A stretch of 64,000 bases of DNA from assembly GCA_050953835.1 (NCBI GenBank), contig JBMNNH010000022.1:25502-89501 (forward strand), written 5' to 3'. Of the stretch, positions 39,732 to 49,213 are shown one piece after another (within the stretch, counting starts at the first letter, position 1; every line of letters begins with the position of its first letter). The notes below the pieces were generated by a model. It saw only the letters and a program-made list of their open reading frames with translations. It made no database searches and had not been told where the DNA came from. A program made the translations under genes and the position numbers. The DNA comes from Acetivibrionales bacterium. Its GTDB lineage: Bacteria > Bacillota > Clostridia > Acetivibrionales > JBMNNH01.

Positions 39732-39870
39732 ATATTGCCTGGAATTAGGGCGCTTATATACTATGTGAAGAAAATGCTTCCAGGAACTGATGCTTCAAGC
39801 TTAAGAGCCTGTAGTGTTCAGCCCTAAAGTCAAATCAAACTCACAAAAAAAAATCAAATCATATAAGATG

Positions 39871-39879
39871 TGTTATAAT
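39871..39879 (+). promoter_or_regulatory. extended -10 promoter element upstream of dnaE
   Basis: TGtTATAAT at 39871-39879, 35 nt before the dnaE ATG; the -35 element is weak. Confidence 0.5.
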
Positions 39880-39913
39880 TACTATATAAAGCAAACAAGG
39901 GGAAATAGTTTTT

Positions 39914-42900
39914 ATGGCTACATTATTCAATGATTCTAACCCTGATAGATTTGTACATTTGCATGTTCATACAGAATACAGCTTGCTGGACGGAGCAAAC
40001 AGAATAAAAGATTTGTTGGACAGGGTACAGGAATTAGGGATGAAAAGTATTGCCATTACAGACCACGGGGTCATGTATGGCGTCATAGACTTCTATAAGG
40101 AAGCCATCAGAAGAGGTATTAAACCAATTCTTGGCTGTGAAGTATATACTGCGAGAAGGAGCAGACTGGATAAACAGCCTGGGTTGGATTCTGACCAGGG
40201 CCATCTTGTGTTGCTTGCGAAAAACAGGATCGGGTATAAAAATCTTATGAAGATTGTATCAACAGGATTCATAGAGGGGTTTTATTATAAACCAAGAATA
40301 GATATGGAAATCCTGGAACGATACAGCGATGGACTTATTGCGTTAAGTGCCTGCCTTTCGGGAGATATTCCCAGGCTGCTGCTTCAAAATGATTACCAGA
40401 ACGCTAAAAAACTGTCATTAAGATTCAAGGAAATATTTGGTGAACAAGGCTTTTACCTTGAGCTTCAGATAAATGGAATTGAAGAGCAGAATATTGTTAA
40501 TTCCCAAATAGTAAAGCTGGCAAAAGAAACCGGTATACCTTTAATTGCGACCAATGATGTGCATTTTCTTCGCAGAGAGGATGCAAAAGCACAGGATATA
40601 CTCCTATGCATACAGACCGGAAAAAGCGTCGATGATGAAGACAGGATGAGGTTTTCCACATTAGAAACGTATTTGAAGTCTCCTTCGGAGATGTGTGAAC
40701 TGTTTTGTAACATACCTGAAGCAATTAACAATACTGTAAAGGTTGCTGAAAGCTGTGATGTGGAGCTTGAGTTCGGGAAACTACATCTTCCCGAGTATAA
40801 GGTACCCGAAGGTTCTGATTCTTTTAAATATCTTAAAGAATTATGCTACGAGGGGCTGAAAAAAAGGCTTCCTGATTATACCACAAAATATACCGACAGA
40901 CTGGAGAATGAGCTCCAAATAATAAAGCAAATGGGGTATGTGGACTATTTTCTTATTGTGTGGGACTTTATTAAATATGCAAAGGATCATGGAATAATGG
41001 TCGGTCCGGGCAGGGGCTCGGCAGCCGGAAGCATTGTTTCATACTGCCTGGGAATTACCAGTATTGATCCGCTTAAGTATAATCTTCTGTTCGAAAGATT
41101 CCTGAATCCAGAGAGAATCAGTATGCCGGATATTGATATTGATTTTTGTTATGAAAGGAGACAGGAAGTAATAGATTATGTAGTAGACAAATATGGCAAA
41201 GACAGGGTAGCTCAAATAATAACTTTTGGCACAATGGCTGCAAGAGCGGTAATAAGGGATGTGGGCAGAGCTTTAAATATTCCTTATGGGGAAGTGGATC
41301 TGATAGCAAAGATGATACCTTTTCAGATTGGTATGAATATTGACAAGGCTCTTGAAATAAACCCTGAATTAAAAAACAAATATAATAATGAAGAGAGGGT
41401 CAAGGAGCTTATTGACACGGCAAAGCTTTTGGAAGGAATGCCAAGGCACGCTTCCACCCATGCTGCGGGTGTTGTCATATCAAAAGAACCCATAACAGAA
41501 TATGTACCGCTTCAAAAAAATGAAGATAGTGTAACAACCCAGTTCACAATGGTATTACTGGAAGAACTTGGATTATTAAAAATGGACTTCCTTGGCCTTA
41601 GAACCTTAACGGTTATCAGAGATACGATAGAGATGGTGAAAGAAAACTATAATGAGGAAATTGACATAGAAGGCCTTGATATGAGTGATAGTGAAGTATT
41701 TAAAATGATAGGGGATGGCAAAACCACAGGGGTTTTTCAGCTTGAAAGCGCCGGGATGACCCAGTTTATGAGGGAACTGAAGCCGGAATCCTTTGAGGAC
41801 ATTATAGCAGGCATTGCACTTTACAGGCCCGGCCCCATGGATCAGATACCAAGGTATATACAGAACAAGAATAATCCTGAAAGTATAAAATATCACCACC
41901 CGTTACTTGAAAACATATTGAACGTTACTTATGGGTGCATGGTTTACCAGGAACAGGTTATGCAGATTGTCCGGGATATTGGGGGCTATTCAATGGGAAG
42001 ATCCGATCTGGTGAGAAGGGCCATGTCCAAAAAAAAGGTTAAGGTCATGGAAGAAGAGAGAAAGAATTTTATTTACGGTATTACCGATGACGCAGGAAAT
42101 GTTATTGTGAGCGGGGCTATTAGGAATGGAGTGGATGAAAGGACTGCAAACAAGATATTTGATGAAATGATGGATTTTGCCAGCTATGCTTTCAATAAGT
42201 CACATGCAGCGGCATATGCCGTAATTGCCTACCAGACAGCCTGGCTGAAAAGATACTACCCTGTAGAGTTCACAGCAGCGTTGTTAAACAGTTACATGGG
42301 TAATAGCGATAAGATTTCACACTATGTTGGGGAGTGTAAGTTATTAAATATAGACGTTCTACCGCCTGATATTAATGAAAGCAATGCTAAATTCACAGTA
42401 GTAAACGGTAAAATCAGGTTTGGAATGGCTGCCATAAAAAATGTTGGTGAAAGCGCAGTTATGGAAATAATTGCTGAAAGGAAAAGAAACGGGAGTTATA
42501 AAAGCTTCAGGGATTTTTGTGAGAGAATTGAAGGTAAGGATATCAATAAAAGATGTGTCGAAAGCTTGATAAAATGCGGAGCCTTTAGTTCGTTCGGAAT
42601 ATACAGGTCAAAACTTATTGCAGTTTATGAAAAAATGATTGATGGAATACAGGAAAACAAAAAAAGAAATATAGAGGGACAGTTATCAATCTTTGAGTTT
42701 GAAGAAAAAAATGAAGAAATTAATGACAGCTGGGAAATATATCCGGATATTAAAGAGTATCCACAAAAAGTGCTTCTTACAATGGAAAAGGAAATGCTGG
42801 GCCTTTATATTTCCGGCCACCCTTTAAGAGAATTTGAAGATGAAATCAAATCACATGTGACGGTATATAGTTCTGATTTAAGCTTAAACACTGAAGACAG

Positions 42901-43426
42901 TGTAACGGAAATGAGAGTTAATGAAATGAAGAGTATTAAGGATGGTATGGAAGTTACTATCGGGGGAATAATTACCGGGAAGAAAACTAAAACTACAAAG
43001 AGTAATAACCTTATGGCATTTATTACACTGGAAGATTTATATGGCTCTATGGAAGTAATAGTATTTCCTGCAGTGCTTAGCAGGTATTCAGACCTGATTG
43101 AAGAAGAAAGCATCGTTCTGATTAATGGAAGGGTTAGTATGAAGGAGGATGAGCAGCCTAAAATAATAGCTGACGGAGTAAAACCTTTAAAGAAAAGAAG
43201 AATGAGAAAAATCTATTTGAATGTCAATGATTATGGGGACAAGGAACTAATGGATTCTTTAAAATCCCTTTTGAAATACTTTAATGGAAATACACCAGTT
43301 TATTTTTATAACGGTGAAAGCAAGAAAGCAGTAATTACTGAAAAGGATTGTTGGGTAAACCCTAATGAGCAGCTTTTGTCCGAATTAAGGACAAGGATAG
43401 GAGAAGAAAACGTTAAGGTAATATAG
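39914..43426 (+). CDS. dnaE: DNA polymerase III alpha subunit (DnaE type)
   Basis: N-terminal PHP domain (FVHLHVHTEYSLLDG), polymerase core (PDIDIDF, GLLKMDFLGL), and a C-terminal OB fold; 1170 aa. Confidence 0.95.
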   Translation: MATLFNDSNPDRFVHLHVHTEYSLLDGANRIKDLLDRVQELGMKSIAITDHGVMYGVIDFYKEAIRRGIKPILGCEVYTARRSRLDKQPGLDSDQGHLVLLAKNRIGYKNLMKIVSTGFIEGFYYKPRIDMEILERYSDGLIALSACLSGDIPRLLLQNDYQNAKKLSLRFKEIFGEQGFYLELQINGIEEQNIVNSQIVKLAKETGIPLIATNDVHFLRREDAKAQDILLCIQTGKSVDDEDRMRFSTLETYLKSPSEMCELFCNIPEAINNTVKVAESCDVELEFGKLHLPEYKVPEGSDSFKYLKELCYEGLKKRLPDYTTKYTDRLENELQIIKQMGYVDYFLIVWDFIKYAKDHGIMVGPGRGSAAGSIVSYCLGITSIDPLKYNLLFERFLNPERISMPDIDIDFCYERRQEVIDYVVDKYGKDRVAQIITFGTMAARAVIRDVGRALNIPYGEVDLIAKMIPFQIGMNIDKALEINPELKNKYNNEERVKELIDTAKLLEGMPRHASTHAAGVVISKEPITEYVPLQKNEDSVTTQFTMVLLEELGLLKMDFLGLRTLTVIRDTIEMVKENYNEEIDIEGLDMSDSEVFKMIGDGKTTGVFQLESAGMTQFMRELKPESFEDIIAGIALYRPGPMDQIPRYIQNKNNPESIKYHHPLLENILNVTYGCMVYQEQVMQIVRDIGGYSMGRSDLVRRAMSKKKVKVMEEERKNFIYGITDDAGNVIVSGAIRNGVDERTANKIFDEMMDFASYAFNKSHAAAYAVIAYQTAWLKRYYPVEFTAALLNSYMGNSDKISHYVGECKLLNIDVLPPDINESNAKFTVVNGKIRFGMAAIKNVGESAVMEIIAERKRNGSYKSFRDFCERIEGKDINKRCVESLIKCGAFSSFGIYRSKLIAVYEKMIDGIQENKKRNIEGQLSIFEFEEKNEEINDSWEIYPDIKEYPQKVLLTMEKEMLGLYISGHPLREFEDEIKSHVTVYSSDLSLNTEDSVTEMRVNEMKSIKDGMEVTIGGIITGKKTKTTKSNNLMAFITLEDLYGSMEVIVFPAVLSRYSDLIEEESIVLINGRVSMKEDEQPKIIADGVKPLKKRRMRKIYLNVNDYGDKELMDSLKSLLKYFNGNTPVYFYNGESKKAVITEKDCWVNPNEQLLSELRTRIGEENVKVI

Positions 43427-43506
43427 CTCTGTATGGCGTATATCTTTGCATTTGCGTATTGATTTTTAGAGTAAAATAATATATAGTTATGTCGAGGTGG
43501 TTTTCA

Positions 43507-43740
43507 TTGGATTCAGAATCAGACAATATTTTAGGAGAGTATATAGTGGTTAAGGCGGAAGAAAACGGTGTTAATATTATCGGCCTTACCAGGGGAAGAG
43601 ATACAAAGTTTCATCACACTGAGAAACTAGACAAGGGTGAAGTGCTAATAGCCCAATTCACCGAGAACACATCAGCAATAAAGATTAGAGGTAAAGCAAG
43701 AATTTTATGCAGCCATGGTGAGTTATATTCCGGTGAATAA
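43507..43740 (+). CDS. mtrB: trp RNA-binding attenuation protein (TRAP)
   Basis: [44 protein letters not shown] is nearly identical to B. subtilis MtrB as I recall it ([44 protein letters not shown]). The TTG at 43507 lies 6 nt after GAGGTGG. Confidence 0.88.
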   Translation: MDSESDNILGEYIVVKAEENGVNIIGLTRGRDTKFHHTEKLDKGEVLIAQFTENTSAIKIRGKARILCSHGELYSGE

Positions 43741-43745
43741 AGAAT

Positions 43746-43784
43746 AAAAGCTTTTAAATTTGTAAAAGCTTTTAAGAAGCTTTT
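43746..43784 (+). terminator. mtrB terminator built from three copies of the self-complementary AAGCTTTT
   Basis: AAAAGCTTTT at 43746-43755 and 43764-43773, plus GAAGCTTTT at 43776-43784. Copies 1 and 2 can form a 10-bp stem. Confidence 0.6.
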
Positions 43785-43829
43785 ATTGAAATGTATACTA
43801 AGTATACATCAAAAAAGGGGCGTGTTTTT

Positions 43830-44027
43830 ATGTGGACAGTAGTGTATATGGCTCAAAGTAAGGATATAGCGACAAAACTACAGGAATCTCTTACAAATGA
43901 AGGAATACTTGTTAAGCTAAGACCTATAAGTAAAAACCATGAAAACAATGATAATTATTTTGAGGTTTTGGTTCCTGAGGCTGAAGTGGAGGAAGCGCAC
44001 AGCGTAATTATTGAGAAGGGATATTAA
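43830..44027 (+). CDS. small hypothetical protein (65 aa)
   Basis: MWTVVYMAQSKDIATKLQESL... preceded by AAGGGG. The track's start at 43791 lacks an SD. Confidence 0.55.
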   Translation: MWTVVYMAQSKDIATKLQESLTNEGILVKLRPISKNHENNDNYFEVLVPEAEVEEAHSVIIEKGY

Positions 44028-44120
44028 CTGGTTTTAATTTTATAGCTGGATAATTTATACTAAATCCCGTGTTAAGAATCATTGCACGGGTTTGTTGTTG
44101 TTAAGGAGGGAATAGAATAT

Positions 44121-45092
44121 ATGAGAGAAATAAAGACAGTGGGAGTATTGACAAGCGGCGGGGATGCTCCGGGGATGAATGCAGCAATAAGGGCTGTAGT
44201 AAGAACAGGGATAAATGAGGGATTCAAAGTTGTAGGTATACAAAGGGGATTTTCTGGCCTGGTCAGAGGTGACGTTATAGAAATGAACCTAAGGTCGGTA
44301 TCAGATATTATACATAGAGGCGGTACCATATTAAAAACTGCTAGATGTCCGGAGTTCAATACAGAAGCAGGATTGAAAAAAGCCGTATCAATAGCTAACG
44401 TTTTTGGAATTGATGCTATTGTAGTTATTGGAGGGGATGGCTCCTATAGGGGGGCACGTGATTTAAGTAAGTACGGAATTCCTGTAATCGGGCTGCCCGG
44501 TACTATTGACAACGATATAGGATCTACGGAATATACTATTGGATACGACACAGCTTTAAATACAGTTTTGGATGCAATAGATAAAATAAAGGACACAGCA
44601 TATTCTCATGAAAGATGTACGGTGCTAGAGGTAATGGGAAGGCGGGCCGGATATATTGCCCTTAATGTTGCAATTGCAGGTGGAGCAGAAGTAGTATTGC
44701 TGCCGGAAAAACCTTATGATACGGACAAAGATATAATAAAGCCAATAATAGAAGGCAGGAACAGAGGGAAAAAAGATTACTCGGTTATTGTTGCTGAAGG
44801 TGTTGGCGGGGTTATAGAAATTTCGAAGGAAATTCAGGAAAAGACAGGTATTGAGGCAAGGTACACCATTTTAGGACATATTCAAAGAGGAGGAAACCCA
44901 ACTGTTTATGACCGGGTTATGGCTAGCAGAATGGGCGGCAAAGCTATAGAAGCACTTAAGAAGGGAAAAACCAATAGGGTTATTTGCTTACGGAACAACA
45001 AATTGATGGATATTGACATTGACGAGGCTCTGGAAATGAAAAAGGATTTGGATTTGGGACAGTTGGAATTGTTTAAAGTACTATCATTATAA
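44121..45092 (+). CDS. pfkA: ATP-dependent 6-phosphofructokinase
   Basis: GVLTSGGDAPGMNAAIRAVVR, GGDGSYRGA and PGTIDND motifs. AAGGAGGG precedes ATG 44121. Confidence 0.95.
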   Translation: MREIKTVGVLTSGGDAPGMNAAIRAVVRTGINEGFKVVGIQRGFSGLVRGDVIEMNLRSVSDIIHRGGTILKTARCPEFNTEAGLKKAVSIANVFGIDAIVVIGGDGSYRGARDLSKYGIPVIGLPGTIDNDIGSTEYTIGYDTALNTVLDAIDKIKDTAYSHERCTVLEVMGRRAGYIALNVAIAGGAEVVLLPEKPYDTDKDIIKPIIEGRNRGKKDYSVIVAEGVGGVIEISKEIQEKTGIEARYTILGHIQRGGNPTVYDRVMASRMGGKAIEALKKGKTNRVICLRNNKLMDIDIDEALEMKKDLDLGQLELFKVLSL

Positions 45093-45103
45093 GAATTCGG
45101 CTA

Positions 45104-45556
45104 ATGCATTTCACAAAAACTATTGGGGGCGGAATTGTGTTTAAGTCGGAAAGCAGGTTTATTGTAAGGTATGCAGAAACTGACCAGATGGGTATTGTAC
45201 ACCACTCTTGCTACCCAATCTGGTTTGAAGCCGGCAGGACTGATTTTATAAGGAAGCTGGGATTATCCTACTCAAAGATTGAAGAGATGGGTTTTTTACT
45301 CCCTTTGATTGAATTGAAATGTACTTATATTGGTTTTGCCCGTTATGAAGATGACATACTGGTCAGGACAAGCATTAAGGAACTTACATACACAAGGGTA
45401 GTATTCTATTATGAGGTTTTTAAAAATTCTGGCAGCGAGAGGATAACTACAGGTGAAACAATGCATGTGTGGACAAACAAGTCTCTGAAGCCTTTGAATT
45501 TAAAAAAGCATGCGCCACATATTTATGAGCTGCTGCATAATATAAATAATAAATGA
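45104..45556 (+). CDS. acyl-CoA thioesterase (YbgC/4HBT hot-dog family)
   Basis: RYAETDQMGIVHHSCYPIWFEAGRTDF is typical of the family. The start may instead be GTG 45137. Confidence 0.8.
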   Translation: MHFTKTIGGGIVFKSESRFIVRYAETDQMGIVHHSCYPIWFEAGRTDFIRKLGLSYSKIEEMGFLLPLIELKCTYIGFARYEDDILVRTSIKELTYTRVVFYYEVFKNSGSERITTGETMHVWTNKSLKPLNLKKHAPHIYELLHNINNK

Positions 45557-45620
45557 TACATTGCGGCACAATAGCAAGATGTGTTAAACTTATCATAATA
45601 AAATTTTAGGTGGTGAGCTA

Positions 45621-46133
45621 TTGAACCTCCCAAATATTTTGACGGGAATAAGATTCATTCTTATACCCATATTTGGATATTATCTGTACAGAGAACAGTA
45701 TACTACAGCCGTTGTACTCTTTTTGCTTGGCGGAATCACTGATGTTTTGGATGGATATATTGCAAGAAAATATAATTTAATTACATCATGGGGAAAGCTG
45801 GCAGACCCTTTGGCAGACAAGCTTATGCAGATAACCGCGCTTATACTGCTGACTATTCAACACAAAATACCTGTATTGATACTGGTTATTATCACCACAA
45901 AGGAATTGCTCATGGGATTAGGCAGTATCCTGATTTATAGGAATAAAAAATATGTTGTCTCAGCCAACTGGTATGGAAAGATGGCGACAGTAATATTCTA
46001 CTTTGCTGTCGCAGCTATTATTATATTTGATTTGAACAGTCTTTATAACAACATATTTATAGGCATAGCAGTTTTATGTACGCTTTTTGCATTCTTCATG
46101 TATTTACTAAGCTACATCAGAATTAATAAATAA
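45621..46133 (+). CDS. pgsA: CDP-diacylglycerol--glycerol-3-phosphate 3-phosphatidyltransferase
   Basis: NLPNILTGIRF N-terminus and the CDP-alcohol transferase motif DVLDGYIARKYNLITSWGKLADPLADK. Confidence 0.9.
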   Translation: MNLPNILTGIRFILIPIFGYYLYREQYTTAVVLFLLGGITDVLDGYIARKYNLITSWGKLADPLADKLMQITALILLTIQHKIPVLILVIITTKELLMGLGSILIYRNKKYVVSANWYGKMATVIFYFAVAAIIIFDLNSLYNNIFIGIAVLCTLFAFFMYLLSYIRINK

Positions 46134-46160
46134 AAAGGGAAGCTTAATATGAGCGATTTT

Positions 46161-47552
46161 TTAGGCATCATTGTTATTTCTTGATTTTGATAAATCACCT
46201 TCCAGCCAATCAATGAATTGCCTTGCAGTCCTAGGTGAGTATCCATTATACCAGAGCGCCCATTTTAGTGCCTGTTCGTGAAGCTGTTCTTTACTGATTA
46301 AGAGACTACGTTTTTTTGCTATACCTTCTACAATATGCAGATACTTTTGTTTATCAGGGGACGAGAATACAACTGTAATCCCAAACCTGTCTGCAAGAGA
46401 AAGCTTCTCCTGAATGCTGTCAGCGGCACGAACTTCATCATCCCGGTTTGCAGAATACAAGCCTGTTCTGTCACTGAATCTTTCTTTTATTATGTGCCTG
46501 CGGTTTGAAGTGGCGTAAATCACAACGTTGCCGGGTCTTATCTCAACTCCCCCTTCAAGTGCGGCTTTTAGTGCGGTATAGTTTTCTTCATTATCTTCAA
46601 AAGCAAGATCATCAACAAAAATAATAAATTTTAAACTGCTTTTTCTTAGACAATTTATTATTATGGGAAAATCAATAAGACGGCTTTTTGGCACTTCAAC
46701 CATGCGGAGCCCTTGGCAATAAAACTCATTAACAATTGCCTTTACAGTAGAAGATTTTCCGGCGCCTCTATCCCCGTAAAGCAAAATGTTATTTGCAGGA
46801 AGGCCTTTTAATAAACATTGTGTATTATCAATAACATCTTTACGTTCAGTTTGGTAACCAATTAACTCAGATAGAGATACCGGATCCGGCTCTTCTACTC
46901 CCCTGAGTTTTCCCATCCCTTCGCAATAATCCCACACGAAAGCTTTGTACCTGGCAAAGATTCCTGTTCCCCAGCTTTTATGAAAATCTATAAGATGATT
47001 AACACATTGACTCCAGTCAGAAGAATTAAGCATGTAGCTTCTCATTGAATCTATACCATTGATTCCATAGGATTTCGAGACAGGCTCAAGCCGCTCTTTA
47101 TCCCAGTCTGGAAGGCTATTAACAGTATCCGTTTCATACCCGAAAGAGGTACAGTACTCTATCATGCAATTCTTAATATCCTTTGAAGACACATCAGAAA
47201 TCATACTAAGCTTATACAAATCATCTTTTACAGCCATTAGAAAAGTACTATCTATATCCTTTGTATGGTAGGTTTCAGCAATATATGAAAATGGGTTACA
47301 GGTAAAGAGGAGTTTATCCACGATATACTCTTTAAAGCTTTTACCCGGATGTTGGCTGCACAAATTAAAATAAAAGCTGCTATATAGTTTCAAATATTCA
47401 TCCAGTTTTTTTGTTTTGCCGCAAAGACAATTAACAAGCTCGTTGAGAACGTATACTACGTTGTCGTCCAGAAGGACTCTGTATATACACAGCGAGTCTA
47501 AAGCAATTTTTATTTTTTTCAGCTTTATATAACTTAAATCCATTGTATTCAA
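46161..47552 (-). CDS. DUF815-type ATP-binding protein with a long N-terminal extension
   Basis: Walker A LLYGDRGAGKSS and FVDDL Walker B in the C-terminal half. The first ~220 aa are unassigned. The TTG start lies 8 nt after GGAGG. Confidence 0.7.
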   Translation of the reverse strand: MNTMDLSYIKLKKIKIALDSLCIYRVLLDDNVVYVLNELVNCLCGKTKKLDEYLKLYSSFYFNLCSQHPGKSFKEYIVDKLLFTCNPFSYIAETYHTKDIDSTFLMAVKDDLYKLSMISDVSSKDIKNCMIEYCTSFGYETDTVNSLPDWDKERLEPVSKSYGINGIDSMRSYMLNSSDWSQCVNHLIDFHKSWGTGIFARYKAFVWDYCEGMGKLRGVEEPDPVSLSELIGYQTERKDVIDNTQCLLKGLPANNILLYGDRGAGKSSTVKAIVNEFYCQGLRMVEVPKSRLIDFPIIINCLRKSSLKFIIFVDDLAFEDNEENYTALKAALEGGVEIRPGNVVIYATSNRRHIIKERFSDRTGLYSANRDDEVRAADSIQEKLSLADRFGITVVFSSPDKQKYLHIVEGIAKKRSLLISKEQLHEQALKWALWYNGYSPRTARQFIDWLEGDLSKSRNNNDA

Positions 47553-47698
47553 TTTTGAGTCCTCCAGTAAAATCCGTTAAAAGTATTATACTATAAGAAG
47601 GTTGAAAATCAAGTCATACCTCTTATAACACCCCATACTTTAAATTTTAGTTTCAATATGCTAATATGGTAAAAAGCTTAAGCGAAAGGTATATGGTA

Positions 47699-48586
47699 AT
47701 GTTCGGGTACGTACTTCCGGAAAAACCGGAATTGAAAATTAGGGAATATGAGATGTTCAGGGCTTATTATTGCGGAGTATGCAAGTCTATAGGGAAGAGG
47801 TATGGACAAATATCCAGGCTTACACTAAACTACGATTCTGCTTTTCTGGCTATTCTTATTTCATCTGTTTACCAGGAAAAAGTTAACATAAAAATGGAGA
47901 GATGTATAGTCCATCCAGTTAAAAAACGCTATGTAGTAGGAAAAAGTGAAATTATTGACTACTCCTCAGACATAAACCTTTTACTGGCGTATTATAATCT
48001 TGAAGACAACTGGAGGGATGAGAAATCGGTTATTTCCGGAATCGGAAAATTGTTACTATCAACAAACTTTAAAAAACTAAGAGAGAAATACAAGGAAAAA
48101 TGTGTTATAATTGAGGACAGATTAAAGGAATTGGAAGCACTGGAAAAAGAAAAATGCAGTTCAATGGACAGGGCAGCGGAACCCTTTGCCAGATTGATGG
48201 AAGAGGTTTTGCTTTATAAGCCGGTTTGTGATAGTGCGGAAACTGAAAAAATTCTAAGATGGATTGGGTATAATCTGGGGAAATGGATTTATATTCTGGA
48301 TGCTTATGATGATATCGAAGATAATATAAACAATAAGGCTTACAATCCGTTATTGTACCAGTATAACTATTCCGGCCAGGAAATGGGACAATTCAAAGGG
48401 TTTATAAAAAAGGATGTCGAGTTTAACCTATTATATACACTGGATCAGATTTCCAAGGCATATGAGCTGCTGGAAATAAAATGCAATACCGGAATACTCG
48501 AAAATATAATATATATGGGTATGCTAAGAAAAACAGAAAAAATTTTAGGCATGGGGGGCTGTAAAGAAGTTGAGAAATCCATATGA
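47699..48586 (+). CDS. DUF5685-like protein
   Basis: [37 protein letters not shown]-terminus as I remember for this family. The start is ATG 47699 or 47693. Confidence 0.6.
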   Translation: MFGYVLPEKPELKIREYEMFRAYYCGVCKSIGKRYGQISRLTLNYDSAFLAILISSVYQEKVNIKMERCIVHPVKKRYVVGKSEIIDYSSDINLLLAYYNLEDNWRDEKSVISGIGKLLLSTNFKKLREKYKEKCVIIEDRLKELEALEKEKCSSMDRAAEPFARLMEEVLLYKPVCDSAETEKILRWIGYNLGKWIYILDAYDDIEDNINNKAYNPLLYQYNYSGQEMGQFKGFIKKDVEFNLLYTLDQISKAYELLEIKCNTGILENIIYMGMLRKTEKILGMGGCKEVEKSI

Positions 48587-49181
48587 AGTGTTGGGGATAA
48601 AAGAAGGTGCGAGTGAAGAAGAAATAAAAAAAGCATACAGGAATCTGGTAAAGAAATACCACCCTGACCAATATAGGGATAACCCTCTTTCAAAGCTTGC
48701 AGAGGAGAAACTTAGTGAAATAAATGAAGCCTATGAGTACTTGATGAAAAACAGGCATGGAAATTATAGTAAAGATTCAAACTATAGCAATACAAACTGG
48801 AATAATAGTAATAGCACCGGGTTCTACAACCAGGTAAAGATGAATATTAACAATGGAAATATATCAGTGGCGGAAGAGATGCTAAACCGATCCCAGAACA
48901 GGGATGCAGAATGGTATTATTTAAAAGGGGTTATTTTCCTTCACAGAGGTTGGTATAATGAAGCTAATTCACATATACAGACTGCTGTAAACATGGATCC
49001 CACTAATTATGAATACAGGAATACCCTAAACAGGATAAACATGGCCGGAATGGGATACAGGGAGAGTGCTTTTGGAAGAGGCTATGGACAGAACCAGGAT
49101 ATTTGCCAGCTGTGTACCTGCTTGTGGTGCTCCGATTGCTGCTGTGAATGTGCCGGCGGGGATTTGATAGGCTGCTGCTAA
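48570..49181 (+). CDS. J-domain protein with TPR-like middle and C-terminal cysteine string
   Basis: [32 protein letters not shown] contains the HPD motif. The last 26 residues contain 10 Cys ([25 protein letters not shown]). The gene overlaps the upstream gene by 17 nt. Confidence 0.8.
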   Translation: MRNPYEVLGIKEGASEEEIKKAYRNLVKKYHPDQYRDNPLSKLAEEKLSEINEAYEYLMKNRHGNYSKDSNYSNTNWNNSNSTGFYNQVKMNINNGNISVAEEMLNRSQNRDAEWYYLKGVIFLHRGWYNEANSHIQTAVNMDPTNYEYRNTLNRINMAGMGYRESAFGRGYGQNQDICQLCTCLWCSDCCCECAGGDLIGCC

Positions 49182-49213
49182 GCAATGACAAGTTATTAAA
49201 TGGGGTTGTTGCA

